A DNA stretch of 64,000 nucleotides from IMG/VR virus record IMGVR_UViG_3300031576_000001, positions 1 to 64,000 of that record, one strand, 5' to 3'. Position 1 is the stretch's first letter, and every line of letters starts with the position of its first letter. The notes under the pieces were generated by a model, which was not told where the DNA came from, searched no databases, and worked only from the letters and a program-made list of their open reading frames with translations. Made by a program: the position numbers and the translations under genes. This document shows, piece after piece, positions 45,063 through 54,497 of the stretch.

Positions 45063-45932
45063 ATGGGCTTGCTAGAAGACATCGAGAGTGACATTGACCT
45101 GGGTGGTGAGGACGCTTCGCGCGTCATGTCCAACAAGGTGGACAATTTCAAGGGCGAGAAGGGGGTCACACACCGTGTGGCCATCGTGAGCTTCCGCTCG
45201 GTCATCAACGAGACGATCCGCCAGGAGAAGGTGAAGAACCCCGCCTTGACCGAGGAGGAGGCGGGGCGGCTGGCGGCGAAGGTGCGCGCTGCGGTGGCGC
45301 GCAAGAACGGGGTGAAGGAGTCCGATCTGTGCGACGAGGACTTGCTGGACCAGACGCGGCTCTCGTTCAAGCTGGCGGACGTTCACTACGACGAGCGCCC
45401 CGGGATCGGGTTCGTGCAGTCGCGGGTGGGCAAGGACGGTCCCGAGGCAGATCGTGTGTGGGCGCACCTCCCCCCCGCCGAGCAGACGATCTCGTGCCTC
45501 CTCCTCCTCTACCCCACCGACCGCAACGGGGAGATCCTTGAGGGGCGGCTCTCCAAGGGGTGGAAGATCCAGCCGTGGAAGTTCAAGGAGGGCAAGTACC
45601 GCGATCTGATGAAGATGGCGGGCGGGCTGACCAAGAACCGGCTGAGCCTGGCTTCTCAGGATTTCACCATCGAATGCACGGACGGCACGTACCAGAACTT
45701 CAAGTTCGAGGCGGCGGGTCCGTGTCGGTGGAAGGATGACCCTGCGGTCATCAAGGCGGTTCTCAAGCGCGCCGTCACCCTCGCGGACAAGATGGTGATC
45801 GGCAAGACGCTGAGCACGGACGAGCTACGCCAGAAGCTCGGGCTGCCCGCGACCAAGGCGCCGTGCTCGGCCACCAGCGCCACGATCAACACGCCCACCG
45901 ACGCCGACGACTTGATCAACCAGGGCGTCTGA
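45063..45932 (+). CDS. Putative phage single-stranded DNA-binding protein
   Basis: Strong GC3 bias, acidic tail, position in the recombination block, followed by a terminator. Confidence 0.55.
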   Translation: MGLLEDIESDIDLGGEDASRVMSNKVDNFKGEKGVTHRVAIVSFRSVINETIRQEKVKNPALTEEEAGRLAAKVRAAVARKNGVKESDLCDEDLLDQTRLSFKLADVHYDERPGIGFVQSRVGKDGPEADRVWAHLPPAEQTISCLLLLYPTDRNGEILEGRLSKGWKIQPWKFKEGKYRDLMKMAGGLTKNRLSLASQDFTIECTDGTYQNFKFEAAGPCRWKDDPAVIKAVLKRAVTLADKMVIGKTLSTDELRQKLGLPATKAPCSATSATINTPTDADDLINQGV

Positions 45933-45953
45933 CCCGTCACGGTGTAAAGCCTA

Positions 45954-46006
45954 CGCACGAGCGCTCCTTGAGCCTCGGTTTACAAAGGAGCGCTCGTGCG
46001 CGTTTT
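45954..46006 (+). terminator. Intrinsic terminator
   Basis: GCACGAGCGCTCCTT/AAGGAGCGCTCGTGC followed by TTTT. Confidence 0.7.
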
Positions 46007-46038
46007 GGGCTTTGATCCCAGTTTGTGTGGGTACACGT

Positions 46039-46440
46039 ATGTGTGATTGGCCCACCATTGCAGGGCTTTATCGGCTCTGGCTCTCTCCTACCCACTATTA
46101 CATAGGGAGAACTTGTAACTGTAGGGTGCGATGGTTGAGGCACCTGGCTAGTCTCCGTCGAGGAAATCACCCCAACTCACACATGCAGAGAGTATATAAC
46201 ATATATGGTACTTTCACCGCGGAAGTCCTTGTTGAGTTTACCGCCGAAACAAATATAACAAAAGCGGGGCTTGAAAATCCTTCAGGTGGGGTGCGGAAGC
46301 ACTCGGAAGAGACCCGCAAGAAAATATCAAAGGCCCTAACTGGAAAGCCTCAGTCTGAAGAGGTAGTAGCGCGAAGGTCTGTGGCACTCAAAGCAGCGTG
46401 GGCTAAACGCAAGCTCTCTAACTCGAAGGTGCCTGTATGA
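46039..46440 (+). CDS. GIY-YIG/NUMOD3 homing endonuclease
   Basis: GLYRL..YYIG..RVRW..H...HPNSHMQ; KHSEETRKKIS (NUMOD3); lower GC. Confidence 0.85.
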   Translation: MCDWPTIAGLYRLWLSPTHYYIGRTCNCRVRWLRHLASLRRGNHPNSHMQRVYNIYGTFTAEVLVEFTAETNITKAGLENPSGGVRKHSEETRKKISKALTGKPQSEEVVARRSVALKAAWAKRKLSNSKVPV

Positions 46441-47078
46441 TAACTCTTGGCTGCGATCCGAGTTTGCGTGGGTTTGGATGGTGTCTACACGACAGCGAGG
46501 GTACCACCCCTGCAACCCGTGTTCTTGCGCGGGGCAAGTGGAAGACCACGCCGCGTGAGCCCTTCGTCTCTCGGTACATGACGATGCGAGCCAACGTGGC
46601 GGGTCTCCTTACCCCCGAGGTTGAGGCGGTGGGCGTAGAGTCCCCTCCCTTCGGAGAGCTGTGGTCAGAGGGCTTGTACGGCTTGTTTCTCTACGTCAAC
46701 GAGGCGTTGTACCTTGCCAAGAAGGACGTGGTGTTCTTTGACCCGTTGACAGTCAAGATGCTGGTCAAAGTCGACCCCTCTGTGCGCAAGGGTACCCTGG
46801 GTAAATCTGATATGGTTGAGGCTGCCAAGCAGGACTCAGGGGTCAAGAAGTGGGATCACAATGGGGCGGACGCTTATCACATTGCGCGGTTCGCGGCGCG
46901 GTTCTGGCAGCTAGAGAAGGGCGTGCTCACCAAGGAAGACCTGACCCCCTCGGAAAATAAGGCTTTCTTGGGTGAGCACACCTACCTTCGGGGTAAGAAG
47001 GCAGGCACGACCGAGCACACCGGGGCGCTTTTTAAAGAAGACGCTCGCTTCATCCGTTACAGCGAAAGGCTAGGCTAG
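46437..47078 (+). CDS. RuvC-like Holliday junction resolvase
   Basis: ITLGCDPSLRGFGW, GVESP, HNGADAYHIA. Confidence 0.8.
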   Translation: MITLGCDPSLRGFGWCLHDSEGTTPATRVLARGKWKTTPREPFVSRYMTMRANVAGLLTPEVEAVGVESPPFGELWSEGLYGLFLYVNEALYLAKKDVVFFDPLTVKMLVKVDPSVRKGTLGKSDMVEAAKQDSGVKKWDHNGADAYHIARFAARFWQLEKGVLTKEDLTPSENKAFLGEHTYLRGKKAGTTEHTGALFKEDARFIRYSERLG

Positions 47079-47081
47079 TAG

Positions 47082-48359
47082 ATGGCACAACGACGTAAAA
47101 AAGACGAGTCTGTCGCAAGCGCAGTAGGGGGCGGCGGGGCAGCTACGCCCTCCCCGCTCATGTCGAAGTTCAGCAACGCCGTGGAGAAGATCGTCAAGGT
47201 CAAGGCGGTCTCCAAGTTTCAGAAGCACTTTGACGCTGTGTCTACGGGCTCCTTCATCGTGGACCAGACCATCGGGGGGGTTCACGCGAGCGATGGACAC
47301 CCTGCGTGCCTGGGCTTCCCCCGGAGGCGTATCTCAGAGGTTGCGGGCGCCGAGGGTTCCGGCAAGACGACCCTCCTCTTGGCAGCGCTAGCCAAGCTGG
47401 CACGCGAGGGTGGCACGGGGGTCTTCCTCGACTTCGAGCAAGCCATGTCGCATGAGTACGCCTATTCATGCGGTGCGGACTTCAGCTTGCCCAGCATCAA
47501 GCTCTACCAGCCGGCGAACCTGGAGGAGGGTCTCAAGATTCTGGGGCTGGCGATCAAGCTCGGGGTGGACCTTGTGGCGGTGGACAGCCTCTCTGCCATG
47601 GTCCCGCAGAAGGAAATGGAGAAGCAGCTAGACGCCCCTGCCAAGGTGGGCGCGCTAGCGGCGAGCATGAGCACGCAAATGCCCAAGCTGGCTACCTTCC
47701 TGAACCAGTGGAACCCAGAGGGGCGGGGTACCGCCTTGGTATTCCTCAACCAAAAGCGCGCACTGATCTCCACCACCCCCTCTTACGGTGGACCCTCGGA
47801 GACAACCTCGGGCGGCAAGGCTCCGAAGTTCTACTTCAGCCTACGCCTCGACCTGGCGCGTATCCAAACCGAGTCGGTCGAGGTTGTGGACCCCCTCTCT
47901 GGCAAGAAGAAGAAGCGCTCGGTGGGGAACGTGGTGGGAGCGCGCCTGGTCAAGACCAAGCTGGCGGCGAACCTCAACACGTCGGGCAACTTCTTCATCC
48001 GGTACGGTCAGGGTGTAGACGACGCCTTCTCCCTCATGGCAACGGCTGAGGTTCACGGTATCGTTGAGCGCAAGGGGGCGACCTACACGTACAACGGAGA
48101 GAGTGTGGCGGGTAAGGAGAGCTTTCGCAAGCACCTCTGCGAGCACCCCGAGTTGATGAACACCCTGCGCGAGGCGGTCACCAAAGCCATTCTGGAAACG
48201 GCTCCCCGCGCCATGACCGAGGAGGATGCTGAGCTTGAAGACCTGACCTCTTCGGTGTCTATCTTCTCGGGCGGTGAGGACGGTGAGGAGGCTGACCCCG
48301 ACGCCCCGGCGGATCTGGACCTAGAGGACGAGGCTACCCCAGGGGATGATGCAGAGTGA
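47082..48359 (+). CDS. recA: RecA recombinase
   Basis: STGS..D, GFPRRRISEVAGAEGSGKTT, VAVDSLSAM, FLNQ, TTSGGKA.KFY.S.RL. Confidence 0.95.
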   Translation: MAQRRKKDESVASAVGGGGAATPSPLMSKFSNAVEKIVKVKAVSKFQKHFDAVSTGSFIVDQTIGGVHASDGHPACLGFPRRRISEVAGAEGSGKTTLLLAALAKLAREGGTGVFLDFEQAMSHEYAYSCGADFSLPSIKLYQPANLEEGLKILGLAIKLGVDLVAVDSLSAMVPQKEMEKQLDAPAKVGALAASMSTQMPKLATFLNQWNPEGRGTALVFLNQKRALISTTPSYGGPSETTSGGKAPKFYFSLRLDLARIQTESVEVVDPLSGKKKKRSVGNVVGARLVKTKLAANLNTSGNFFIRYGQGVDDAFSLMATAEVHGIVERKGATYTYNGESVAGKESFRKHLCEHPELMNTLREAVTKAILETAPRAMTEEDAELEDLTSSVSIFSGGEDGEEADPDAPADLDLEDEATPGDDAE

Positions 48360-49492
48360 GCGTCGAGGTTGAGGTCAAGGGCTTTCAAAGCATAGAGCAC
48401 GTCAAGGTCACCCTTGACGGTCTGACGGTGCTTGTGGGTCGCTCGAATCTTGGCAAGAGTGCTTTGGTGAGAGCGGTCTCCGCTCTCCTCACCAATCCTA
48501 CGGGCTCTGACTTCGTAAGGCACACCCCCGCGTGTCACAGGGCGACCGGGGGTAAGACGTGCAAGTGCTTCGCTCAGGTCACCCTACGCCTCTCAGGTCA
48601 CGAGATCACTTGGCAGAAGGGTGACAGTACCCACCGGTACACGGTAGACGGTGGTCTGTACGACAAGGTGGAGCGAGGCGCACCCTCCTTCCTACAGCCT
48701 CTCGGCTTGCACCCTTTTGCCTTTGGGGACGATGAGGCACACCTACAGGTAGCAGACCAGTGGCAGCCCTTGTGCCTTCTGGACCGTAAAGGAAGCGAGG
48801 TCGCTGAGGCTGTCTCAGGCTTGGGCAACCTGGACCGTATCCATGACGCGCTGCGTCGCTCCGAGTCAGACAAGAAACAAGCTGCGTCAACGCGCAAGGT
48901 AAGGGAGTCTGACCTTATTGCCTCGACCCAGGCGCTTACCCTCTTTGATGGGTTTGACGCTGCGCTGTCCCTGGTAAGCCAAGCAGAGCAAGCCCGGCGC
49001 GCTTACCAGACCACGCAAAAGAAGCTAGAACAGGTACAAGCCTACCTGGCACGCCAGGAGGTCTTGCAAGGCGTCGTAGACAGAACCCGCGAGCTAGCGA
49101 GCCTAACCCTGCCCGTGCCACCCCCCCCTTCGCTGGCTCAACTGCGAGGTTACTCCGGGCGCTATCAGAGCACGCTGACAGCGCAAGACGCTACCGCCCG
49201 GCTTACCCGTGCGTTGACGGTTGACCCCCCCGCCGCCCCTGGCGCCTTGGTCTTGGTTCGCAAGCTAAGGCGTGCTGGGTTGGACAGACCTGTCCCTCCT
49301 AGCTTTACTTTGGAACCCCCTTCCTCTCCTCGGTTGCTACCCGCTGGGTGGGCTGCCCAGGTCGCTCGACTGGTCAAGCAAGCCAGGGAGCGCAAAGAAG
49401 CCCTGACCCGGCTAGAGTCGGAGAGTACCACCTTGGAAAGTACGCTTGCCACGTTTGCGTTGTGTCAAGAGTGCGGGAGACCGGTACCGTGA
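48356..49492 (+). CDS. SbcC/Rad50 N-terminal half (Walker A, coiled coil, zinc hook)
   Basis: KGFQS..LTVLVGRSNLGKSA; ends LCQECGRP. Confidence 0.85.
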   Translation: MSVEVEVKGFQSIEHVKVTLDGLTVLVGRSNLGKSALVRAVSALLTNPTGSDFVRHTPACHRATGGKTCKCFAQVTLRLSGHEITWQKGDSTHRYTVDGGLYDKVERGAPSFLQPLGLHPFAFGDDEAHLQVADQWQPLCLLDRKGSEVAEAVSGLGNLDRIHDALRRSESDKKQAASTRKVRESDLIASTQALTLFDGFDAALSLVSQAEQARRAYQTTQKKLEQVQAYLARQEVLQGVVDRTRELASLTLPVPPPPSLAQLRGYSGRYQSTLTAQDATARLTRALTVDPPAAPGALVLVRKLRRAGLDRPVPPSFTLEPPSSPRLLPAGWAAQVARLVKQARERKEALTRLESESTTLESTLATFALCQECGRPVP

Positions 49493-50481
49493 GAGGGGAG
49501 CTACGTTTCCTGTTTCGCACGGACGTGCATAGCGCGGACAAGAACCCTGCCTCTTGGAAAGCCAACTACGCCCAAGAGATTGACAGCAGCTTGCGCCAGG
49601 TGGGTCGGTGGGCGATAGAGCGCTCTGTTCACGCGGTTCTTGACGGGGGAGACTTCTTTCACGTCAAGAACCCAGCGCGCAATAGCCACGGGCTGGTGCG
49701 CAGGATGGTGGACCTTCACCGGGAAGCCTACCGAAGTACGCCCGTCTACATCGTGGAGGGTAACCACGACATTACCAACCAAAACCTGGGCTCGGTACAG
49801 GATCAACCTCTAGGGGTCATGTTGGCGTCGGGCACCTTTCGCCCGCTACGCGAAGAGGTGTTCAGGGCGGGCGCGCTACAGGTTCGCGTGGTTGGCTTGC
49901 CTTACGTGCCCGACCGTACCAGGGAGAGCATCCAAGTACGAAAGCAGCCCGGGGACACACACCTCATTCTGATCGTTCACGCCCTCGCGGGAGAGAAGCC
50001 CCCTGCGACCGTGGAAGACTTCTTTGGTGAGCCTGTCTTTCAGTACGACGAGTTCGCCCAGGTCTTCGATGGCCCAGATGCCATATTTTTCGGGCACTGG
50101 CACAAGGACCAAGGCATTACCACCCTCGACACGCCCTCTGGGGTGTGTCACTTTGTAAACCTCGGGGCGCTATCGCGTGGCAGCTTGGTTCACGAGAACC
50201 TGACCAGAACCCCCAAGGCGGCCTTCTTCACGGTAACGGAGAGGGGCATCACCATAGAAGAACTACCCCTCTCCGTAGCCCCCCCGTCCGACGTGTTTGA
50301 CCTGGAAAAGAAAGAGCAGAGAGATAAAGAGCGTGAGGAGATCACGGCTTTTGTGGAGCGGTTGCAGTCAGATTTGCAAAGCCTACAGGCTCCTGACCTC
50401 GTTGCTGCCCTGAGAGGCGTAGGGGGCTTTGCGGTGGACGTGGTGAACGAAGCGGTCAGGTACCTAGAGGAGGTTGGCTAG
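49489..50481 (+). CDS. SbcD/Mre11-like nuclease
   Basis: TDVH, GGDFFH, EGNHD, FGHWH, NLGALSR. Confidence 0.9.
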   Translation: MRGELRFLFRTDVHSADKNPASWKANYAQEIDSSLRQVGRWAIERSVHAVLDGGDFFHVKNPARNSHGLVRRMVDLHREAYRSTPVYIVEGNHDITNQNLGSVQDQPLGVMLASGTFRPLREEVFRAGALQVRVVGLPYVPDRTRESIQVRKQPGDTHLILIVHALAGEKPPATVEDFFGEPVFQYDEFAQVFDGPDAIFFGHWHKDQGITTLDTPSGVCHFVNLGALSRGSLVHENLTRTPKAAFFTVTERGITIEELPLSVAPPSDVFDLEKKEQRDKEREEITAFVERLQSDLQSLQAPDLVAALRGVGGFAVDVVNEAVRYLEEVG

Positions 50482-51305
50482 TGGACCTATCCTATACAGC
50501 CTTTGCTCAACTTTTGGAGTGTCCGCGCGCATACGCTCACCGGTACGTGACCCCCAGGGAGCACGGTAAGCGCAACGCTCCCATACCCCCCCAAGCCGCT
50601 GTGGGTGTCCTTGTCGAGCGCCTGGTGCAACGCTTCTACCGTGACAAGCTCTGGCTAGAGACAACCTGGGAAGCCCACCTCACCTTGCAGGGCGCACTCC
50701 CCGAGGTAGCGCGCGAAGTGTACCAGGAGTCCTCGGGGGTACTCTCAGGCGCGCTAGAGGAGGACGTGTCGGATCTCCTACCCAGGGTCGTCTTGCTCAT
50801 CCACCGAGAGGGTCTGGGGCAGGAAGGCAAAACCGAGGTCACGTACCGCCACCCTCCCCTCATGGGTCGAGCTGACATAGTGCTGGCAGACACGACCCTC
50901 TTGGACGGCAAGGTCGTGAGAGACCCCTCCCGGGTCAGTCCGTTGCAGCTTCACTGGTACCGGATGGTCGCCGGTCTCTGTGGTGTACCCGTCTTGCGCA
51001 CTGGCTTTGCTTTCTGGCGCCAGTCCAAGGTGGTGTGGCACGAGCCAGAGGAGGCGAGCGTAAAACAGCTAGAACGACAAGCCTCTCTCGTGGTAAAGTC
51101 ACTTACAGGTCGGGCACCTACCGCGGGCTACCTCCCCAACCCTGGGGGGCATTGTCAGAAGTGCCCTTGGCTCGCAGGGTGCCCGGAAGGGAAAGCAGAG
51201 AATGCAGCACACACACAACGAAGACCCAATTTTGCGCTACCAGGACTACAAGTCACGGTACGAGAAGGTTCAACAGCACAAGGCGGAAGCCAAGGGTGCC
51301 TTTGA
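50481..51305 (+). CDS. PD-(D/E)XK nuclease, RecB/Cas4-like
   Basis: LSYT..CP, GRADIV..LDGK..QLHWY, HCQKCPWLAGC. Confidence 0.8.
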   Translation: MDLSYTAFAQLLECPRAYAHRYVTPREHGKRNAPIPPQAAVGVLVERLVQRFYRDKLWLETTWEAHLTLQGALPEVAREVYQESSGVLSGALEEDVSDLLPRVVLLIHREGLGQEGKTEVTYRHPPLMGRADIVLADTTLLDGKVVRDPSRVSPLQLHWYRMVAGLCGVPVLRTGFAFWRQSKVVWHEPEEASVKQLERQASLVVKSLTGRAPTAGYLPNPGGHCQKCPWLAGCPEGKAENAAHTQRRPNFALPGLQVTVREGSTAQGGSQGCL

Positions 51306-51504
51306 GTCCTCCCGCGTACAGCTTGCGGAGCTAGCCGAGGAAATCCGTAACGCGGGGTTTGACCCTAGTAAGCTCAAGGAAGAAGAGGCTCGTCTGGTCA
51401 AAGAGGCGCACGAGAAGCTCGACGCTTACGAGAAGCTACTTGTAGAAGCCGAGACCGCTATCGCGGTGTACTCACAGAAAACGGCTGTCACCGTGAAACG
51501 ATAA
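51202..51504 (+). CDS. Small coiled-coil protein
   Basis: 99-100-aa heptad-rich ORF. Confidence 0.7.
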   Translation: MQHTHNEDPILRYQDYKSRYEKVQQHKAEAKGAFESSRVQLAELAEEIRNAGFDPSKLKEEEARLVKEAHEKLDAYEKLLVEAETAIAVYSQKTAVTVKR

Positions 51505-51509
51505 AACCC

Positions 51510-52718
51510 ATGAAGATCAAATTTACCACGTCTGCCTTGCAGTCAGCGCTGGCACTAGCCGGCGTAGTCCCTCCGAAGTCTGCCATACCGACCCAGCCCG
51601 CGGCGTACCTTTTCATGCCCACGGGGTCGGGGACCGGGGTGCAGATACACTCGCGCGACGGGTTGCAAGAGGCTCGGGCTGAAGTGCCTTGTGAAGCAGA
51701 GGACTTTGACGCCCCGTTCCTCTTTGCGGCGACCTACGCTGACGCGCTGTCTTTTTCGGGGGAGTACGTCACCTTCGAGACCAAAGAGGAACAAGGGACA
51801 ACCCTGCTTGGTTACGTGGGGGAGCGTGGTAACCGTAGTGACCGCCCCCTCTTGGACGCGGCCTTGGTGCTCCCCATAACCACGCCGCTCGACGATGACG
51901 CTCAGGTTTTCAACGTGAGCACGTTGTTGGACGCCCTCAACCAAGCAAAAGCCTTCCTCCCCAAGCTCAACGACCCCACGGTGGAAGAACCCTACAAGAC
52001 GGTCATGCTGGTGGACAGCGCTAGCACGGGCAAGAAGATTGGTACGGGGCACCTCTACGTGAGCGACAGTTACCGCGCGTTTTACTGCCACACCCCGGAC
52101 TTTGAGGGTAAGGCGTTCAACCTTCACGGCACGTACCTCCCCACCGTGACCAGCTTCCTAGCCAAGCTGGGCGACTCCACGGTCAAGGTACTCTCCACCC
52201 CTCGCAAACTGTGGCTCATGGGGAGTACCGCCGTCCTTGCCGTGCCTGGCGCTACCAAAGTTCACGAGCGGGTCACTTTGTACACCAAGGACACCGTGAC
52301 GCTGCAAGTCCCCCGTGAGCTTTTGGTGGCAGCGTTGAAGTACCTGCGGGGTGACATGGAGAGCAAGCTGGTCAAGGTCAAGGTGCTGTATGAGCCTGAC
52401 CCTGGCACGTTGGCTTTTGTGGCAGTCAACGGTTCTACCAAGAGCCAGAGCTTCCCGGTACCTGCCAAAATCAAAGAGGGCACCGAGGCATCCACGGACA
52501 GTAAGACCTTCCAGGTCAACATTGACCACCTCTTGTCACTGGTAGCGTCGTGCCGGGGTCAAGTGGTCGAGGTACGGTTCAACTACCAGAGCCGGGACGG
52601 TCAAGACATGGTGCTCCTACGTACCGTGGACGAGTACCACCTCTCCGAAGAGGGTAAGGTGGTCGCCACAGGCGGTGCGCTTTGCAAAGCCACACGTTAC
52701 GTGGGGTCCATGGGCTAA
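51510..52718 (+). CDS. Putative DNA polymerase III beta sliding clamp
   Basis: MKIKFTTSALQSALALA, SDSYRA, FQVNIDHLLSLV; ~400 aa; clamp-loader genes nearby. Confidence 0.7.
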   Translation: MKIKFTTSALQSALALAGVVPPKSAIPTQPAAYLFMPTGSGTGVQIHSRDGLQEARAEVPCEAEDFDAPFLFAATYADALSFSGEYVTFETKEEQGTTLLGYVGERGNRSDRPLLDAALVLPITTPLDDDAQVFNVSTLLDALNQAKAFLPKLNDPTVEEPYKTVMLVDSASTGKKIGTGHLYVSDSYRAFYCHTPDFEGKAFNLHGTYLPTVTSFLAKLGDSTVKVLSTPRKLWLMGSTAVLAVPGATKVHERVTLYTKDTVTLQVPRELLVAALKYLRGDMESKLVKVKVLYEPDPGTLAFVAVNGSTKSQSFPVPAKIKEGTEASTDSKTFQVNIDHLLSLVASCRGQVVEVRFNYQSRDGQDMVLLRTVDEYHLSEEGKVVATGGALCKATRYVGSMG

Positions 52719-52723
52719 GCATG

Positions 52724-52831
52724 GTGTACCCCTCTGTGTAAGCCTTCGGGCGTTGAGCACACGCCAAGGGTCAGCAGATCGCCGTGGCCTGGGACGTGAT
52801 CTCGACAGTGATGCCTTCGGGCGTTGAGCAG
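52724..52831 (+). CRISPR. Mini CRISPR array: 2 repeats (37 and 36 nt) and 1 spacer (35 nt); no cas genes in the window
   Basis: R1 GTGTACCCCTCTGTGTAAGCCTTCGGGCGTTGAGCAC; spacer 52761-52795; R2 GTGATCTCGACAGTGATGCCTTCGGGCGTTGAGCAG. Confidence 0.75.
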
Positions 52832-52845
52832 AGTAGGTACCCACC

Positions 52846-53472
52846 TTGACTTACGACCGGATGACACAGCTAAAGCAAGCGAGTCTTCTCCTACAAGCCA
52901 GGCGAGACGCCCTGACCGAGGAGAAGGCTCGCTTGACCGCTGAGCTTTCGCGCCTAGATGTCCGGGTCATGCTGCTAGCCAAGGTGGGGGAACTGTACCG
53001 TCACCTTCTGGACTCCTTGGTACTCCACCAAGCCCAGGGCATGAGTCAGATTGCCACGGAGGGTCTAAAGGCAGTACTACACGACCAAGACCTTGCCGTG
53101 GTGCCTGACATGGGGCAACGGGCGGGGCGCGTGACCTTGCAGTTTCTCTTGCAACAAGGCGGTGAGGGTGGACCGAAGGGGCTACCGCAGTCCTCTTTCG
53201 GGGGTGGTCCTACGTCGCTTACCTCGCTCATCTTGCGTGTGCTTTTGCTGCTACGCACCGGTAGAGCCAAGTTCTTGATTCTGGACGAGACCCTTGGACC
53301 TTTGAGTGACCAGTACATCGAGCCGGCGGGTAAGTTTCTGGCTCAACTGTCCAGGTCAACGGGGGTGCCCATCCTCTTGGTGACTCACAAGAGCCAGTTT
53401 CTCGAAGAGGCTACCCAGAGGCTCCTGGCTACCGAGGGCGCTGGACCCCAGTTGGTGCTAAAGCGCGTCTAA
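52846..53472 (+). CDS. SbcC/Rad50 C-terminal ATPase half
   Basis: Signature SFGGG, Walker B FLILDE, H-loop LVTH. Confidence 0.85.
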   Translation: MTYDRMTQLKQASLLLQARRDALTEEKARLTAELSRLDVRVMLLAKVGELYRHLLDSLVLHQAQGMSQIATEGLKAVLHDQDLAVVPDMGQRAGRVTLQFLLQQGGEGGPKGLPQSSFGGGPTSLTSLILRVLLLLRTGRAKFLILDETLGPLSDQYIEPAGKFLAQLSRSTGVPILLVTHKSQFLEEATQRLLATEGAGPQLVLKRV

Positions 53473-53476
53473 CCGG

Positions 53477-54265
53477 ATGCAACCCACGGACGAGATCAAA
53501 GCCCGACTAAGGCGAGCCCTGGTCAACGAGATAGAGGCTCGCTGGCAGCACTCCGAGTCTCGCCTCCCTCAGCATTGCCTGCATAACCACAGGGAACGGC
53601 TCGACACACGCAAGGCACTCCCTGACGGCGAGCCTAACCCCCAGTGGAACACAAGAGCCCCCGACGAGACGTACCACCTTCCGGTCATTGGGCTCTGCCT
53701 CTACGGCGTAGACGACCCCGAAAACTGGCAAGGTACGATCTGTGATGAGCCCGCCACGAGCGCCGCGTGCCCCCTCTTCAAGACCACGCAAAGCAAGGCT
53801 GACCTTCTAGCTCGCTTTCAAGCCGACCTGACTAACCCCCTCTGGGTAGAAAAGAACCTACCTGAAGTAGCCGCGCTGGCTTGGGTTCTAGGTAACCCGC
53901 CTCTGGCGCTGCCGTGGTGGTGTAGGCTCTTCAACAAGCTGCGCCCCTGGCACGTCGCACCTGTAACCCCTTCGGAGTATTATGGACTGGACGAGCTTGT
54001 TCCCCGTCTCCCCGCTGCCTCAGCCGTCGCCGGTCATGATGGAGCTATTCGCGCCCCAGGCGCCACCGAGCAAGCCGATCCGTTACCTCGTCACCTCGTC
54101 CCTCTCAGGGTGGCTCTGCCCGAAGAAGGTTCAGCCTGGGATTGTCACCTTCGGGGTACAAAGAGACCCCACCTTGCCGGTTCTCCTGTCCGCGCTGGCG
54201 AACAAGCTGCGCGAAGAGCCGGATCTGGGTCAAACCGCACCCACGCTAACCAAGGCCCCCCTTAA
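53477..54265 (+). CDS. Hypothetical protein (3' end uncertain)
   Basis: Cys/His-containing N-terminal part; C-terminal part overlaps the next ORF. Confidence 0.55.
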   Translation: MQPTDEIKARLRRALVNEIEARWQHSESRLPQHCLHNHRERLDTRKALPDGEPNPQWNTRAPDETYHLPVIGLCLYGVDDPENWQGTICDEPATSAACPLFKTTQSKADLLARFQADLTNPLWVEKNLPEVAALAWVLGNPPLALPWWCRLFNKLRPWHVAPVTPSEYYGLDELVPRLPAASAVAGHDGAIRAPGATEQADPLPRHLVPLRVALPEEGSAWDCHLRGTKRPHLAGSPVRAGEQAARRAGSGSNRTHANQGPP

Positions 54266-54497
54266 TAAGGAGTACACGGTGGGTACGTTCCCCCTAGACA
54301 CTGCGGAGGCGTACACTGGGGCAGAGTATACCCCAGAGGGTATCAAGGTAGGTTCCCTCTTGGTGTACGGGGTACCCGGGCTGACGGGGATGCTTCTTTG
54401 GAAGCCCGCCAAGCGTCGGGGGGTATGGCTAGGGGGCGGTCATGTGGGGGCGATGCTGGACCTAACCGAGGTTTTGCATGTCAACAGATTGGGTTGA
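53982..54497 (+). CDS. Hypothetical protein
   Basis: 171-aa ORF preceded by GGAG. Confidence 0.55.
   Translation: MDWTSLFPVSPLPQPSPVMMELFAPQAPPSKPIRYLVTSSLSGWLCPKKVQPGIVTFGVQRDPTLPVLLSALANKLREEPDLGQTAPTLTKAPLNKEYTVGTFPLDTAEAYTGAEYTPEGIKVGSLLVYGVPGLTGMLLWKPAKRRGVWLGGGHVGAMLDLTEVLHVNRLG

Noticed and set aside
50481-51305. Cas4 as part of a phage CRISPR-Cas system
   Set aside because: No cas1, cas2, cas6 or Cascade genes are in the window, and solo RecB/Cas4-like nucleases are common in phage recombination modules.
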